Source: Camelus dromedarius
Lineage: Eukaryota
NCBI RefSeq assembly: GCF_036321535.1
Contig: NC_087436.1
Location: 69,008,001 to 69,072,000, forward strand
Reading direction: 5' to 3'
Length of the DNA stretch: 64,000 bases
The notes beneath the pieces were generated by a model. That model ran no database searches. It saw nothing but the letters and a program-made list of their open reading frames with translations, and was not told the origin of the DNA. Positions within the stretch are counted from its first letter, which is position 1; each line of letters opens with the position of its first letter. The translations under genes were made by a program, and so were the position numbers. Positions 12,860 through 26,468 of this stretch are shown one piece after another.

Positions 12860-14430
12860 TTGCATATTAGATCCTCAATTGGAAATTTTAGATGTTTGCC
12901 ACTGAAGGTGCAGGGAGAAGTCAGAGCTAAAGTTAAAATGTTTGGGAGTTGTCAGCAGATAGTTGGTATTGAGAGTATTGGACTGGAGAAGACCATTAGG
13001 GCATGAGTGTAAGTAGAAAAGAGTAGAGATCTGTGGTTTGAGTCCTGGGAAACTCCAACATTTAGATTTTAGGAAGATGTAGAATAGCCAGCAAAAGAGA
13101 CTGAAAAGAAATAGCCATCAACATAGAAAGATGACCGAAAAAAGTGGCTTTTTTTGTGGAAGCCAAGTAAAGAGTTTTAATAGAGAATGATCAACAGTAC
13201 TAAATGCTTTTAATATTATTGATATTCTTACTTAAGAAGAGGATTGAGAATTTAGCATTGGAGTTGGCAACACAGAGCTTATTGGTGACCTTGACAAATG
13301 TGGTTTTGGAGGAGTTTCTGAAACAACATCCTGATTGGAGTGAGTTTAAGAGAAATGAGAAAGAAAATAAATGGAGACAATACTTTCAACCATGTTTGCA
13401 GAGAAATGTGGCAGGAAGATGTAGGATTGGAAAAAAAAAAACTGTTCTTATCTGAGAAATACTGTATAATTACTGTGTCTATGAAAATGATCCGGTAGAA
13501 AGGGTAAGATTATGATATAGGAGGGATAGGTGACAGCAACAGGAACAAAGTCCTTGAGAAAGGATCTTTTCATAAGTGCAGAGTTTGGCCTTAGAGTGGT
13601 GTTGATTCAATAGTTGATCCATTGTGACAAAAGGAAAGACAGGTGACAATAGTGGCTAACACCAATCTTGCATTTGCTATGTGCTTTAAGGCATTGTACA
13701 TTTGTTAACTCCTTCAAAACTCCGTAACAACACCATGAAGTAGATACTGTTCTTGTCCCCATGTTACATTAAGGAAACAGAGACACAGTGATGTCGAATA
13801 ATTTGCCCAAGATCACACATCTAGTAAGTGACAAAGCTAGGATTTGAACACAAGTAGTTTAACTTGAGTTCACTTACCGATACTACCTTTCAAGAAGGAA
13901 GTAGTTTGACAAATTTTTATGGTAAGCACTAACAGAAACTCTCACCTGATTCCTTCTGTTTTCTTGGTGAAATAATGAGCAAAATTATCAGCTGAGTGTG
14001 AAAAGAAACTGTTGGCATTAAGGAGAGGAGAGAAGATGCGAATGAATAATTTAGGAGAATGAGAGCCAGTTTTGACAAGGAAAGTATAGAAGGATTTTCA
14101 GGAAGTACTAAGAACATATTTGATGTTTGTGATCATAATTTTAAAGTGAGACTAGTCATCATGATGTGTATTTTTCTCCAGCTACAGTCAGTAACTAAGA
14201 TCCATGCACTAGAAAGTTGGAGAGTGGGGTGTTTGCAAGTTTGTGGTTTTGCCCTGCTAGGTGGTAAATGGTGAAAGGGGCAAAGCAGTAGGTATATATG
14301 GCATGGTTGACCATAGTGTGTAGTAGTAGCTCAATGAGAAGAACATAGTGACTCAGTAAGACGAACATGAAGATATTTGTGGGATATGCAAGAGAAGCTT
14401 CAGTCAGTAGGATAGAGTGACTAGTATTTT
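12860..14430. mobile_element. L2 fragments interrupted by a MIR (about 13680-13880)
   Basis: Purine-rich L2 motifs (ttggcaacacagagcttattggtgaccttgac); MIR core (ggaaacagagacacag...ttgcccaagatcacac). Confidence 0.55.
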
Positions 14431-14450
14431 TTTTAATAGAACCATATATA

Positions 14451-14602
14451 TTTTTTAATTGAAGTATAATCAGTCTGCAATGTTGTGTCAATTTCTGTTG
14501 TACAGCATAATGTTTCAGTCATACATATATACACATACTCTTTTTCATATTCTTTTTCATTAGAGGTTACTACAGGATATTGAATATAGTTCCCTGTGCT
14601 AT
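14451..14602 (-). mobile_element. Short 5'-truncated L1 3' end
   Basis: Antisense match to the 3'UTR end of the full-length L1 in this window (tagcacagggaa...ttgacacaacattg). Confidence 0.75.
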
Positions 14603-15009
14603 GTGTCAATGGAATAGAGTTACCAGTGGGTTTTGGACCATTAAGCCTATACCTAAGACTAAATAAAAATGCAAACTTAAAACAATTATCTAAACTTTGC
14701 ATTACTTTATTTTCTCTTTTCTGGCTCACTTTTCAGTGAAAGCATTCCTTGAATGCATTAATATGAAAGTCTGTGTTGCTAAACAAAATACTGTTTATGA
14801 GTTAAAAGATCTAGTTTCTATCTGCTGATAGGTTGACAATGTTTCTATTGTAAATACAATTCTTGAACAAGAAAGTCATTATTAATATTCCATTATTAAA
14901 GCTAAAATGAGTTGGTTTTAGCTTCCATCACTTCTGTGTTAGGGGTATCACTCATTCAGTTCTATCTGATTTCCCCCTGGAATAAGCAGGAGACAGACTG
15001 AGATCAATG

Positions 15010-15354
15010 TGCTATGGGCCAAATGTTTGTGTCCCCTCAAAATTCAGGTGTTGAAACTTTTAATCCCCAGTAGGATGGTATTTGGAAGTGGAGCATTTGG
15101 GAGGTAATTAGGTCATGGGGGTGGAGTCCGTATGATAAAATTAGTGCCAGTATAAGATGAGACATATGCTCTCCATCATGAGAAGATACGAGACAGATCC
15201 TGCAAACCAGGAAGCAGGCCATTACAAGACAATAGATCTGTTGATGTCTTCCTCTTGGACTTCCTAGCTTCTAGAACAGTGAGAAATAAATGTCTGTTGT
15301 TTAAGTCACTCAGTCTATGGTAATTTGTTGTAGTAGCCCAAGCTGACTAAGACA
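15010..15354 (+). mobile_element. MaLR LTR (MLT1A/MST-like)
   Basis: tgctatgggccaaatgtttgtgtcccc...gcccaagctgactaagaca termini with internal AATAAA. Confidence 0.75.
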
Positions 15355-16952
15355 CCATGCTCATGAGTTTGGGGAAGAAGGAAGCAAATTCCCAAATATC
15401 TGGCTTCTAAATTAAGGGACTACTACACAGCCACTAATACCTCTTATATCTCTTAGGAGTAGCATTATCCTGTAAGTCTGTCTTTTCTTCTCTACTTTGA
15501 GTTGCATTATAAAAGGATTCCTTCTGTTCTTATACCTAGATAAGTTCTTGACCCAAGGAAAAGGGTGAGTATCTATCTGTTCATTTCTTTCCAGGAAAAT
15601 TGCAACAGCCTTCTACCTACTCTTCCTGCTTCTCTGTGTAGCCTTCACCTCCAACTCCAGCCCACCCTCGTCATCAAAGCTAAAGCAATCTTCTCAGAGT
15701 ATGTATTAGATCATCTCTCTTGCTTCTCTGCTCAGAAAACTCAGGGGTCTCCCACTGCAGTTAAAATAAAATCCTAGGTCATTAGAAATCCTTATTTGAG
15801 TTGGCCCTCAACTGCCTCTTCCAAATTCTTTCCTACCCATCTCTTACTTACCCACCAGGCTTCAGACACACTGGCAGACACACTGGGCCTTTTTCTGCTG
15901 ACACAACCACCTTGCTCATTTCTCTTTTGAGGCTTTTACACTTGTTCTCTTCGGACTTCTCTCAGATGTTTTATGTTTTGCCTCCTCATTGTTTAGGTCC
16001 AGCTCAAATGCTACTCTTTTGAAAAAGTTTTCATACTACCAGATCTCAAGTACTTCTCATCTGCCCCATTTTTTCTATCATATTACCTTTTCCCCCTTCC
16101 TAACACTTACCACAAACCAAAATTGTCTTATGTGTGTGCTTACTGCCTGTCTTTATCCACTAAATGCAGCATCCTTGGAAGATGATACTGTGTCCATACC
16201 TGACAGTTCCTGGAACGCACTGAGTGTTCAATACATACATGTGACCTGCCTGAGAAAGGAGAGGGGAGGAAAAAACACCACCTTGTCTCACTTAGTTATG
16301 GATTGGCTTCACATCATTATGTACATCATAAGTCATAATTTATAATAAGGAAAAAAAAAGAAGAGTAATATCACAAACAATTGAAGGAAGAGAGTTTTTA
16401 GGTTTGTTTTAGCTGGTTTTAAATTTTTAAGCTACTTTTTGATTTTAGGAAATTACAAAAGGTGAATTATTTGCAGAGATTACAGAGTCTGTCCTCCACA
16501 CCACTGCATATGCACTGTGAGGAGAGCTATAGATGCCATACAGTCCTCTGCCCTCAAGGACCTCACATTATTCTTGCTGCAAAGGAATACAAACAAATGA
16601 CAAAAGGACATGAAGAAATATTATATAAATAATTGCAACTTAAAAATCATTTTAAAATTCCTGACTGATTTTGGATTTGAATTCTACGAGGGAAAATTCA
16701 CATGAGGGTTGCAACTTGTCAGAGAGACTGAAGAATGACTTTAAGGAAATAATTTTTCTTCTTAGTTTCTCGATCTCTATATTGAGACACTCGGTCTAGC
16801 TGAACCTCTGACATTCCCCTCCATTCCAAGATCATATGATTTTACAAGGTACACAAACTATCTCACATTGAAATAAAAAGTGAATATACATTATTTGTCT
16901 TATGTATTTTGGTTTAAAAAAATGCATTTATAATATATAGAATGAAAAATAA

Positions 16953-16958
16953 TTTATT
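16953..16958 (-). terminator. Candidate polyadenylation signal of TMPRSS11B
   Basis: AATAAA on the minus strand about 335 nt after the stop codon, followed by U-rich sequence. Confidence 0.45.
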
Positions 16959-17293
16959 TGGTAGATCCAGCATATGTTCTCATACCAACAAAATATGTAT
17001 TTCTTTAATTCTAAAAAATAAAGGTCTATTCTGAATATAATGGTAAGATACATCAGAACTAGGCTATTAATAAAAATATTACGGTCATCCTCTTTTTTTC
17101 TTCCTGTTTCCTAAATTAGTTAAATAGATCAATAAATAAATGGATAGTGCTTTAGATAAAACATTAATCAAGATATTTATGCATTTTTATATAAGAAAAT
17201 GATTAGTATACCAACAATCAAAAAAGATTTTGAAACAATAGATAAGAATATCCTGTAGTTGTCTTTATGTTCCATTCCAAGGTTACATTTCTT

Positions 17294-17455
17294 TCAGAGT
17301 CCAGTCTTGGAGGTAATCCAGTCACGATAAGCAGTCACCCGAGTGTAGACACCTGGTTTATTCTTTTTACCACATCCTTCACCCCAGCTTACTATTCCAA
17401 CAAGGTGCCATATATTCCTAGAGTTGGGGTAAGCTAGTGGTCCACCAGAATCATT
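17294..17455 (-). CDS. TMPRSS11B: TMPRSS11B exon 10 (catalytic Ser, stop)
   Basis: cttctag|AATGATTCTGGT...; [53 protein letters not shown]. Confidence 0.95.
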   Translation of the reverse strand, partial: NDSGGPLAYPNSRNIWHLVGIVSWGEGCGKKNKPGVYTRVTAYRDWITSKTGL

Positions 17456-18092
17456 CTAGAAGAAAAGAGGGAAAAATGTTTCGTGTCTTGTCCAAGAATT
17501 TCCTTTTACCTCTCCTCTGGAGTTGCAATGCCCTGGGCATTGCAAACATCCACCCTCTGGGCTTAGAACTGTGGAACTCTTGGGTTTCTTCAAAACCCAG
17601 GGCAACTACCAACCAGAATACATTGCCTACAGCAGCTAAATATTGGATTGGAAAGACTAGGATTTGATTTTGTTAATGAGTCCAGCCTTAACTATGGAGA
17701 AAGTGCCTCAGCTGCTCCATGAGGAAGCCTCTGAAGAACAGATGTCACGTGCACGTGCTAAACGTCCTGCTGCATCTCTCCATAAGGAAGAGACAGCATT
17801 CTTGTCGGCAGGGTGCCCATAAAATAGAGCCAAACTTATTTTATCACCTTGTAAGTATGGATTCCTAGACTGAAAACTTCATGAGGGCAGGCATGGTGTT
17901 CACCACTGCATCCTCAGCATCTACGCTGGTATCTGGTACATTAATGAGAGTAATAAATATTTGCTTTCTGGATTGAAATAAGAAGTTACTCTGTGAAAAT
18001 CATTAAGACAAAAATTTTTTTGTGTGGTGATAAAAACTACCACTGAATTAGTACTTTGGGAAAAAATGATTTGATAATATTTCTTGAGGTAC

Positions 18093-18235
18093 CTGACAGG
18101 CATCAGCTTCTCCTGACATAAATCCAGCACACAGCATTGTATCAGTCACCAAGCCAGATAACGCATGTGGAGCATTGCAAACTTTGTTATCAATAATCTT
18201 CAGAAAGGCCTGCCGAAGTATTACTGGAAGAGGAC
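18093..18235 (-). CDS. TMPRSS11B: TMPRSS11B exon 9
   Basis: 143 nt, tttag|...CAG|gtacct; PLPVILRQAFLKIIDNKVCNAPHALSGLVTDTMLCAGFMSGEADACQ. Confidence 0.95.
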
Positions 18236-18584
18236 CTAAAGGCAATAAATTCTGCAAATTATAGAGATCTTAACCTTGTTTGTTGATACAAAGAGCTTCT
18301 GTGGAATAAAGCCGATTCTTTGGTCACCAAGAGCCAGCCAGTCCCTGACTAGACTGGTTTCTTTCTGATGTTTATTATCTGGCTGCTGCATACATTATTC
18401 CAATTTTTCCAATTCTCATTCTCAGAGGTATTTCAGAAACTGAAAACAATACCATGCTTTTGGTCCCATCACTTTGTTTTCTTTTCAGTATATTTACTGA
18501 TTGGTTAATTGTGTGAGAAAGTGATTGACTGATTGATTAAATATTATTCCTGTGAAGATATTACATATTTACAGAAAAACTCAC

Positions 18585-18844
18585 CATTCATATAAAGTGT
18601 TCCCCATCCTGTAACTACAACGCTGTCATTTTCTGAGAGCTTCATTTTGGCTTCAGGAAGACAAATCGTACGAACGTATTTCGTAAAAGAGACTTCTTCA
18701 GCAAGCTGCACAAGGGCAATATCATCGTGAACCCCAGCCTTGCTATAATTTTCATGAAAAATAATATTTTGGACTTTCCTTGTCATATATGGTTTATTTA
18801 CTACAGTTCCAAAGTTGACAGTCCAGTCTTCTGAATTATTTTTC
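18585..18844 (-). CDS. TMPRSS11B: TMPRSS11B exon 8 (catalytic Asp)
   Basis: 260 nt, ctccag|...G|gtgagt; KNNSEDWTVNFG...HDDIALVQLAEEV...VVVTGWGTLYMN. Confidence 0.95.
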
Positions 18845-20367
18845 CTGGAGGACACAATTCAATTAAAATTCACTCAGTTTGGGGTGTTCACAGAGGTTAT
18901 TATCTTATAATTTTAAGGTATGAGTTTCCCAAACAATACTTATAAAGCACTTAAATTCTTATTTTTAAAAATTGTCTTTGACGTGGGGATGTTATAAATG
19001 CTGCAGTCACATAAAAATAGTGCTAAGGACTATTAGAGCTGTTAGCTTTCTACAAATCCTCCTGACCAGAGTCACTGATGTTTCCTGCTGCTTCAGCCCC
19101 GTCCAGTTTCTGAGCATTTGAGTTGGGTAGGGCTCACATGAGCAGCCCCAATGGAAGGGGTCCAGAATCACTGTTCTTTCCTACCATACACCCTGCACTC
19201 CTAGAACCTGTGGCAGTCTCCAGGCACTTCCATAAATTTTAAAATTGCAAATTATTTTAACACAGTCACATTACATTTACGAAGTCAATGCCTCTTGGCT
19301 TCTAATTTAGATTTTCTGACCAGTTTCTCCAGTTCCCCTGAGATTCTTTCTCAGTTAGGACCTAACATCCTATCTAACCATTTTTACCTTCCTCAAAATG
19401 TCAGGTATTGGCGGTTTTTTTGGTGGTTTTTTTTTTAAGGGTTTCAAGACCTTCCTATAACTGTGACACTGTTCAGTCTTTCTCCCATTTTAAAATCTTC
19501 AGTGACTCCACATACTCAATAGCTGTGTTTTTCCAGTAAGTTAGCATCTTGTCATTTAGAAGTATTCCCGATCCCAGATATAACTACATTTTCTAAGCAT
19601 ATTTTCTAATGTTTCCTTTTACAAATCCTCTAAGATTCAAATTATTCTCTTTGCTTGCTGTCCACAGAATACAACTTGTGTTGTTTCATGTCAACACATT
19701 TGAAGAAGGCTATTTTCCCAACTCGAAATGCTTATTATCCTTTCTCATCTACTCACCCTATCAATCAAGTCTTTCATCTTTAGAGTCTGGATCAAATCTT
19801 ACAACTGCATACCTCAGCTAGATATGTTCTCTCTTGTCATCAGGTTTCCATCAAACTTAGTACCTGTGTTGTACATACACCATGCCACCTTCTACTTTTA
19901 ATACATCACATTTAAATTTCTTCAAATAGATTGTAACCCCCCAGAGGACAAGACAAATAAGCACCTTGTAACTGGAGTCAGACATACCTGTATTCACATT
20001 CAATTTCTGTTATTTAAGAGCTGTATGATCTTGGTCAAGTTACATCACCATTTCTGAACCCTAGATTTCCTCATCTTTAAATAGGTTAAATTATACCTTC
20101 CATATGGAATTACTATTATGATTAAATAAAATGATGTAAGTAAAGCACTTAACATTGGGCTAAAGCAGCTTTTTAGAAAATGTTAATTTGCTTCCATTCA
20201 CTTTTCCCCCCTTCCAAATTTAAATTTCTTTGCTGCCCTTCAATTATACAAGTATTTGTAAATTTCATATGGCTTGGCAAACTTCACACATTCAAGTTAA
20301 CCCCCACAGACTATCCGAAATAGGCCTGCACCTAGACTCCTACATTTAGTGAAACTTTCAAACTTAC

Positions 20368-20545
20368 TTAGCAAAGCAGTGAGCTGCAGATAGGAGCCAC
20401 CTGCTGCTGATCAGAGAGGCACCACAGTAGTGCTGGCCCTTCCATTGCATGCTTGCCTGCCACGGCCAGGCCCCACCCACGGCTTTTTTCCCATTCACAA
20501 TTCGATTGCCAGATGTAATACTGTTGGCCAGTTGTCTCCCACAAC
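20368..20545 (-). CDS. TMPRSS11B: TMPRSS11B exon 7 (activation site, catalytic His)
   Basis: 178 nt; [58 protein letters not shown]; donor gtaagt. Confidence 0.95.
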
Positions 20546-21353
20546 CTAAAGAAAAGATTTATTTATACAAGAGCAGGTATCTGTGATTATGCTTTATAAG
20601 AAGTATTTTTAAAACATTACTTGAAACCCTTCAGTGATTGTTCAGCACCTCCTAACAATGCTGTCTCTTTCCTGTAATGTATTCATATCATGGTAGTCCA
20701 CTCCATCTTCGTTTGGGTTATGTTTACTTTTCCTCTTTTTCAGTCTTAAACGTCTTTCACTTACTGACTTACATTGTATCTGTCTTATAATTTTACTCTC
20801 CCCAAATAGATTGCAAAGTTCTTGAAGGTAGAAACTTTGCTTCATTAATGTCTGTATGTTGCATAGCATGTACAGTGCTGTCTGTAAAGCCCCATGTGGA
20901 TAATAGATATTCCAGAAATATCCACTGATTGAATGAATGCATGGATGTACCATGTTGTGGGCCCCATGATACTTTAAAGAGAATTTGTTTAAAAGGTACA
21001 GAACTGTTTTTTACCTTATAATAGACGTACTTTTCTATAGCCTAGTTTTGCATTTTCTTATTATCCTAAGTTGTCCTTTTTCCTTCCCTTTTTTTTATAT
21101 ATTAACTAATTCAAACAAGATATTTTTCATGATTCCATTCTTTGCAAACAGTTGTCATTTCACCCTTTTGGACAACCACTTACAAATGGTCAGTGTTTTT
21201 TAAAAAGGAATTCCCAATAAATATCTAGTATATCCAATAATTTTGAAAAACTACTATAGATTTCCACCTGAGGTGCTTCTAGATACTTTCTAGAAAAATG
21301 ATAGAAAACTGTTTGTGAGTGTATTAAATTTATAATAAAGTTTCTAAACTTAC

Positions 21354-21392
21354 AGTTGTTTGTAAGCATTTCAGCATGAGCCTTGCTGATTT
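21354..21392 (-). CDS. TMPRSS11B: TMPRSS11B exon 6
   Basis: 39 nt, tttcag|AAATCAGC...AACT|gtaagt; EISKAHAEMLTNNC. Confidence 0.92.
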
Positions 21393-22793
21393 CTGAAATT
21401 AAAAAAAAATAAAGTTGATAAAATATCATCATGCAATTCTCTTCAACCCAAGGACTAGATTTCCTAACCTAATTACAGCCAACATTTAACTATTCAGGCT
21501 AGTTCGTGTATTGCTTATCAACCCCTCTCACTCTTACTTGTTATATTCTGGCCATCTCTCCACATCTTTACCAGGTAGTACAGGAAAAGGAAATAAAAAA
21601 GCAAAGCTCTCAGTTTTATGATAGTTGAAGTAAAATATTTAGTGAAGTAAGAAGCTTATACTCTTACTAAAAGAGGCACTGGGCATAATCTTTGGATTTC
21701 TTTCCCTTAGATAATTCTCATTACTCTGAAATACTCAGAGTTATCTATATTTTAAAGGAAAAAAATCCAACTAAAATTACATTGGGCCTATCCTACTCTT
21801 TGCAAGTCATCTCATTACTAAGACTGAATTATGAAATTTTGAGAATTTAACTTAAATTCAAGTCTCTTTTCCACTGGGAAGAGACTTTAGAGAGAAAGAG
21901 AAGAGAGAACTAAAAAAGGACACATCAGAAAGTGCTAACTCTTAAATCCCGGGGATACAGAGGGGCAGTAACTGGTACAGTCTTCTTTCCCAACAACTAC
22001 TCACGAAGGAATTGTATTGCTTCTTTCAGAAGCTCTGCCTCAGACTCACTTGTCATGAGTGGCCCATTGGTGACAGGGTCTGTGTTCTGAGGCAAAGGAC
22101 CTGTGACTGGCAGCTGGCAGCCATTATAGCTTTCAAGGACACTAGGATCAATTGTCAGTCTGGAAGAACCACAAAACTGGGCTATGGAACCACAAGCTTA
22201 GACCACCTAAATAGACCTTTTAACAATCCAAGTTAGAGTTTCAGGACAAATGCAGGACCTTCAAGATGCTTACAAATGTTACTTTCTGCACTGAGACAAA
22301 ATTCTGTCATTTTCTTCTCTTGTTTTCTGGGGAATTATTTCAGACAAGTTTTTCTTTAGTAGGATTACTTCCATTCTTCTACAAGAATCAATAAGAGCTC
22401 TCTGTCCTCAATTTCACACTTACTCCTACAATCTTCAGCTCAATGATCAAGAAAACACTTAAGTCTGTTTCCTATAATGAGATCCTGACAAAAGTAGAAG
22501 GTAGGGAGAATAATGCTTCAATTACTACCTTTCACCCCCTTTTCCATCCATAATACCCAACCCTCCCAAACTCACAAGCATATCTGTGGTTCAACACTCC
22601 TTCCTATCACTGTTCAGACAAAGATTCCATAGCACTACCCTTTCCACTATCAACTCAATGGTAGGAGTGCCAGAGTTTGGAAAGACTATTTTTTCCTAAG
22701 TAAATTTTTTCCTAAGTACATTTTTTCTGGTACTTTTTTTTTTAATAGTCTAGATACTTAAGTAGTAGAAAATAATTAAAATAGTTGAAATAC

Positions 22794-22954
22794 CTATAAA
22801 TTTAAGGGAGGTGGGAACTGCATTCCAGGATGCCATGTTGTCTTTCAATATCTGATGTAAGATAGCTTCTATTTCAGGCTTCATGCTATTCTTCTTTGCT
22901 GGAGGAAACTTGAATGTCAGCTGTAACTGTACACTGGAACCACTGGGATTAGGA
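22794..22954 (-). CDS. TMPRSS11B: TMPRSS11B exon 5 (SEA domain)
   Basis: 161 nt; PNPSGSSVQLQLTFKFPPAKKNSMKPEIEAILHQILKDNMASWNAVPTSLKFI. Confidence 0.92.
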
Positions 22955-24185
22955 CTGGACAAAACAGAAATGTTCTCATGTGCTACTTCCTGATTTTTTA
23001 GATGTCTTATGAACATACTGAATTTCCCACATTGTAATTATTATATTGCCTTTACATATATTAAAAAACAATACACAGATATTGTCCCAGTATATATAAA
23101 GTTCAAGGATCCTTAAAAATCTTCTAATTGGTTTAGAGGTATTGTTTGTGAAAGAGGATGTGAACGTTAGAAATCAGAATATTTCAAACATGTATGAGAA
23201 ACTGAGTACTGGCCAACAAATAATTGGCTTGAAATTTCATTATAATACAGTAAAAAAAAATAGTGTTTTGTACAGATGTTTTCTTAATTTTAGAGGAAGA
23301 GATAAATAAGAACTTAAATGCAGGGCTGGGAAGCATTCAAAAGATAAATTCTAGCATATATTCAAGAGCCAGAACTAAGCTTCTTCCCGTAGTTTCTTAT
23401 GAGTGTCCACCCCAATGGATCTATACAATGAGAAGGCTCAGAAAGATAATTCTAAGCATAAGAATATCTCCGTTATCTGTATATTCAGTACATTATTTTT
23501 ATTGATCAGGAGAGACAATTAATTCATTTTGGAAGACTGTCAATGCAAAAGCTATATTAATCACAATTTTTAAGAAACCACAGCTCTATTTTCAAATAAT
23601 TAGGATCAATTGAAGGGCCTTCAGACGTTTTTGTCTGTCTGGGGGTAAGTAGGTTGGTTGGTTGTCTAGCTGGATTTTTTTTTTAGTTTTAAGGAATTCA
23701 GACTTCTCCAGAATAGATACTGACAGTTGCTAAATTACAAATGCTCTCTCCCTTAATCACTTATCCCCTATGCTCCGTGATACCTGCCTCCCCGCATCTC
23801 TCACCACCACCATTACCACTGTCAGGCACACTTACAATACATATTTAGACAAATGTTATCGTAAAGATTCACTTTTCTCCACAGTCATTACAGTGATGGT
23901 GATTATTAAAGAGACCGAAGGAGGATTATTTTAAGAAAGATACGGCCAGACGAGTATGAATGGGAAAAGAGGTGGCTAGTAGATGGATAGCAAGACAATC
24001 TTTATTTTCCGTAGAGTTACAATTGTCTTTTAAATTATCTTTTATCATAGAAGTCAGTTAGAACTGACTGCCACCAACAACCTTACAATTCCGCTTCAAG
24101 TACCGAGATTACAGATTTGTACAGAACACTTCCTACCCTGAACAGAAATTTGTTAGATACAGTGATATTTTAATTTATGGGGAGT

Positions 24186-24297
24186 CCTTCCTTCCTTCCT
24201 TCCTTTTTTCCCTTCCCTTCCCTTCCTTCCTTCTTCCTTCCCTCCCTCCCTCTCTTCCTTCTCTCCTTCTCTCTTCCTCTCTCTCCCTCTCTCTTTC
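24186..24297 (+). repeat. (CCTT)n/(CT)n pyrimidine tract in TMPRSS11B intron 4
   Basis: About 110 bp of essentially pure C/T. Confidence 0.9.
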
Positions 24298-24390
24298 TGT
24301 TTTTCATCACTGTTGTTACTTAAAACCAGGACTAATGTGACATATTACCTACATCTTCTTCCATATAATCTTGAATGAATTTATACTTAC

Positions 24391-24458
24391 AGAAGTTTCA
24401 TGACCTGAGAGTTGATATATTCTTTGTATACCCTAGAATTCTGAAATGTGGTAGATAT
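24391..24458 (-). CDS. TMPRSS11B: TMPRSS11B exon 4 (SEA domain)
   Basis: 68 nt, ttgacag|...|gtaagt; ISTTFQNSRVYKEYINSQVMKLL. Confidence 0.92.
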
Positions 24459-24543
24459 CTGTCAAGAGAAAAAACCAAAAAAGCCATGATGTATGTTTCA
24501 ATCAAATTTATAATAAAGTTAATAAAAAAGATCTCTTACTTAC

Positions 24544-24659
24544 TTTAGTCTCAATATCTTTGCTCAGATTTGTGCTGGCTTCTGAAACTGCTTTTTCACA
24601 ACTGTCATTATATGTGACTCCAGAAATATGAAAATTACCTTGGTAATAGTAAATCTTTC
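24544..24659 (-). CDS. TMPRSS11B: TMPRSS11B exon 3 (SEA domain)
   Basis: 116 nt; GKIYYYQGNFHISGVTYNDSCEKAVSEASTNLSKDIETK; donor gtaagt. Confidence 0.92.
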
Positions 24660-26349
24660 CTGTGAAATAAAGAAATATTCAGAAAATTTTAAAACAGGAA
24701 ACGGCTTCAAGCCCCTCTGTATCTTTATCTCAAAATTAAATTTCAATAGATGTACTCAGTTAGGGCAATTAGTTTACTACCACTGAATGAGATATTCCCC
24801 TAGCTGTCATCCAACTCAAGTTACTCTATTAACAAAGATTGTATTAGCTCCTAAGCCAAAATCCTAGAGCAAAAGGGTTCATCTTTCAAAATGATTTCAA
24901 ACAACCTTTGCAAGTTTGAATGTCCATTTTTACTTCACAAGAAGTCTGGTTCAACTAATTTAACTTTAGGTAATACAAGCTTGTCTAGTCTTATATCTGA
25001 AATGATAGATGGTTGAACATGTAGAGAAATTCAGGGGTGACTTATCATTCCACACACTTCCTACTCAAGCCAGGATGCCTGTAGTTCTCTCTTTTGCATT
25101 ACTCCTTTCCACTAAGTCATTGTTTCTCCAGAAGAAGGGATCTATTAAAATGCAAACTATATTTTGGAAGGTTAACTAATTAGGCTACTGGTCCCCACTA
25201 ACATATTGACAGAACTTCTTCACGGGGGCTTGATATGGAAAACTCAGTACTATCCTTAAGGAAATGATGTGAAGAATGTTATTTTTTAATGAGCAGAGAC
25301 AAAAAGAGGCTAGAAGGATTCAGACTATGGAGAGTTCATGGATAAACATGCCAAGCAAGAGTCTGAGTGTCTACTACACTCATGAAGGACAAGTTTTGAA
25401 ATTTGAAATTAAGATGATTATGGAGAAACAAAGGAGAAGCTAGGTTGAAAGAAAACTTGAATTGTCACTGAATCAAGCAAAATGTGTCCATATGACATTA
25501 TTGTATAGGGTGATATATTTCAGAGGAATAAAACAAAAATCATGATAAAGTAGAATAATACACTTGAAGTATTAAAATGTGGGTTTGTGTTCAGCTATGT
25601 GACTTAAATCCTGTGATATCAAGCAAATCACTTGAGTTGCCTGAACCTCAGTTTCCTGCGTGTGAGACTAGGGATAGTAGTAAAACCTGCTCTCTCAAGT
25701 TCAAAGGATTATTGTGAGGATCAAGTGGAAGAGTAGGTAACAAATTTGTTTAAAAACCTTAAACAGTTACACAAATTTTAGAATTAATTTTTCTGAAAAG
25801 TAAAAATAAACTGGAAAACCAAACTTTCTGAATGTAGGTTTAATAAAAGATACTAAAAATAAGATCAAGTTAGTATGAACATTCAGCCATTTAACCATTC
25901 TTGACTGTCCACTATTAGAAGAACCATTAGTGGATTATCCATTCTTACTTATCAATTATATCTTTAATAATCAATATTAGAAATGAGCCAAGAAGAGTAG
26001 GGATCTCCAAAGCTTGAGGTATATTTACTAAAAATGTACAGCTTAACTGCAAACCTACTATATAAGCTCCTTTATTGACAACAAATATTGGCACCAAAGT
26101 ATTGAATTTTTCAGTCTTGCCCATACTCCCATAGTTGGTGATACAACTTACAGAGAGGATCAAGGAAATACAGAATTCAGAAAAATTTATAAACTTTGGT
26201 GTCAAATTATATAAAATTATTATGTTGAAATAAAATAGTAGTGACAAAGTTTCCATAAGGAAATTTAATATTCATGTTGTTTCTTACCAATTTCTAAGAG
26301 TTAAAAGAGATTTAGTGGTAAGGGTGAAAATTGAGTAGTCAATACTGAC

Positions 26350-26468
26350 CAACTGCCAGAAAATGAACAATGAGACCAATAGTTATTCCCAAGATTGCCA
26401 TCGTTCCAAGGAAGATAAGGATTGTCATCCAAAGTGGCCAAGATCTTCTCTGGGAAAATACGTTGTAC
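26350..26468 (-). CDS. TMPRSS11B: TMPRSS11B exon 2 (TM helix)
   Basis: 119 nt; YNVFSQRRSWPLWMTILIFLGTMAILGITIGLIVHFLAV; donor gtcagt. Confidence 0.92.

Noticed and set aside
22004..22160. Exon-like segment with two GTGAGT donors in TMPRSS11B intron 5
   Set aside because: In the required phase 1 both plausible acceptors lead to stop codons, and exons 5 and 6 already join in frame. At most a poison exon, with no evidence of use.
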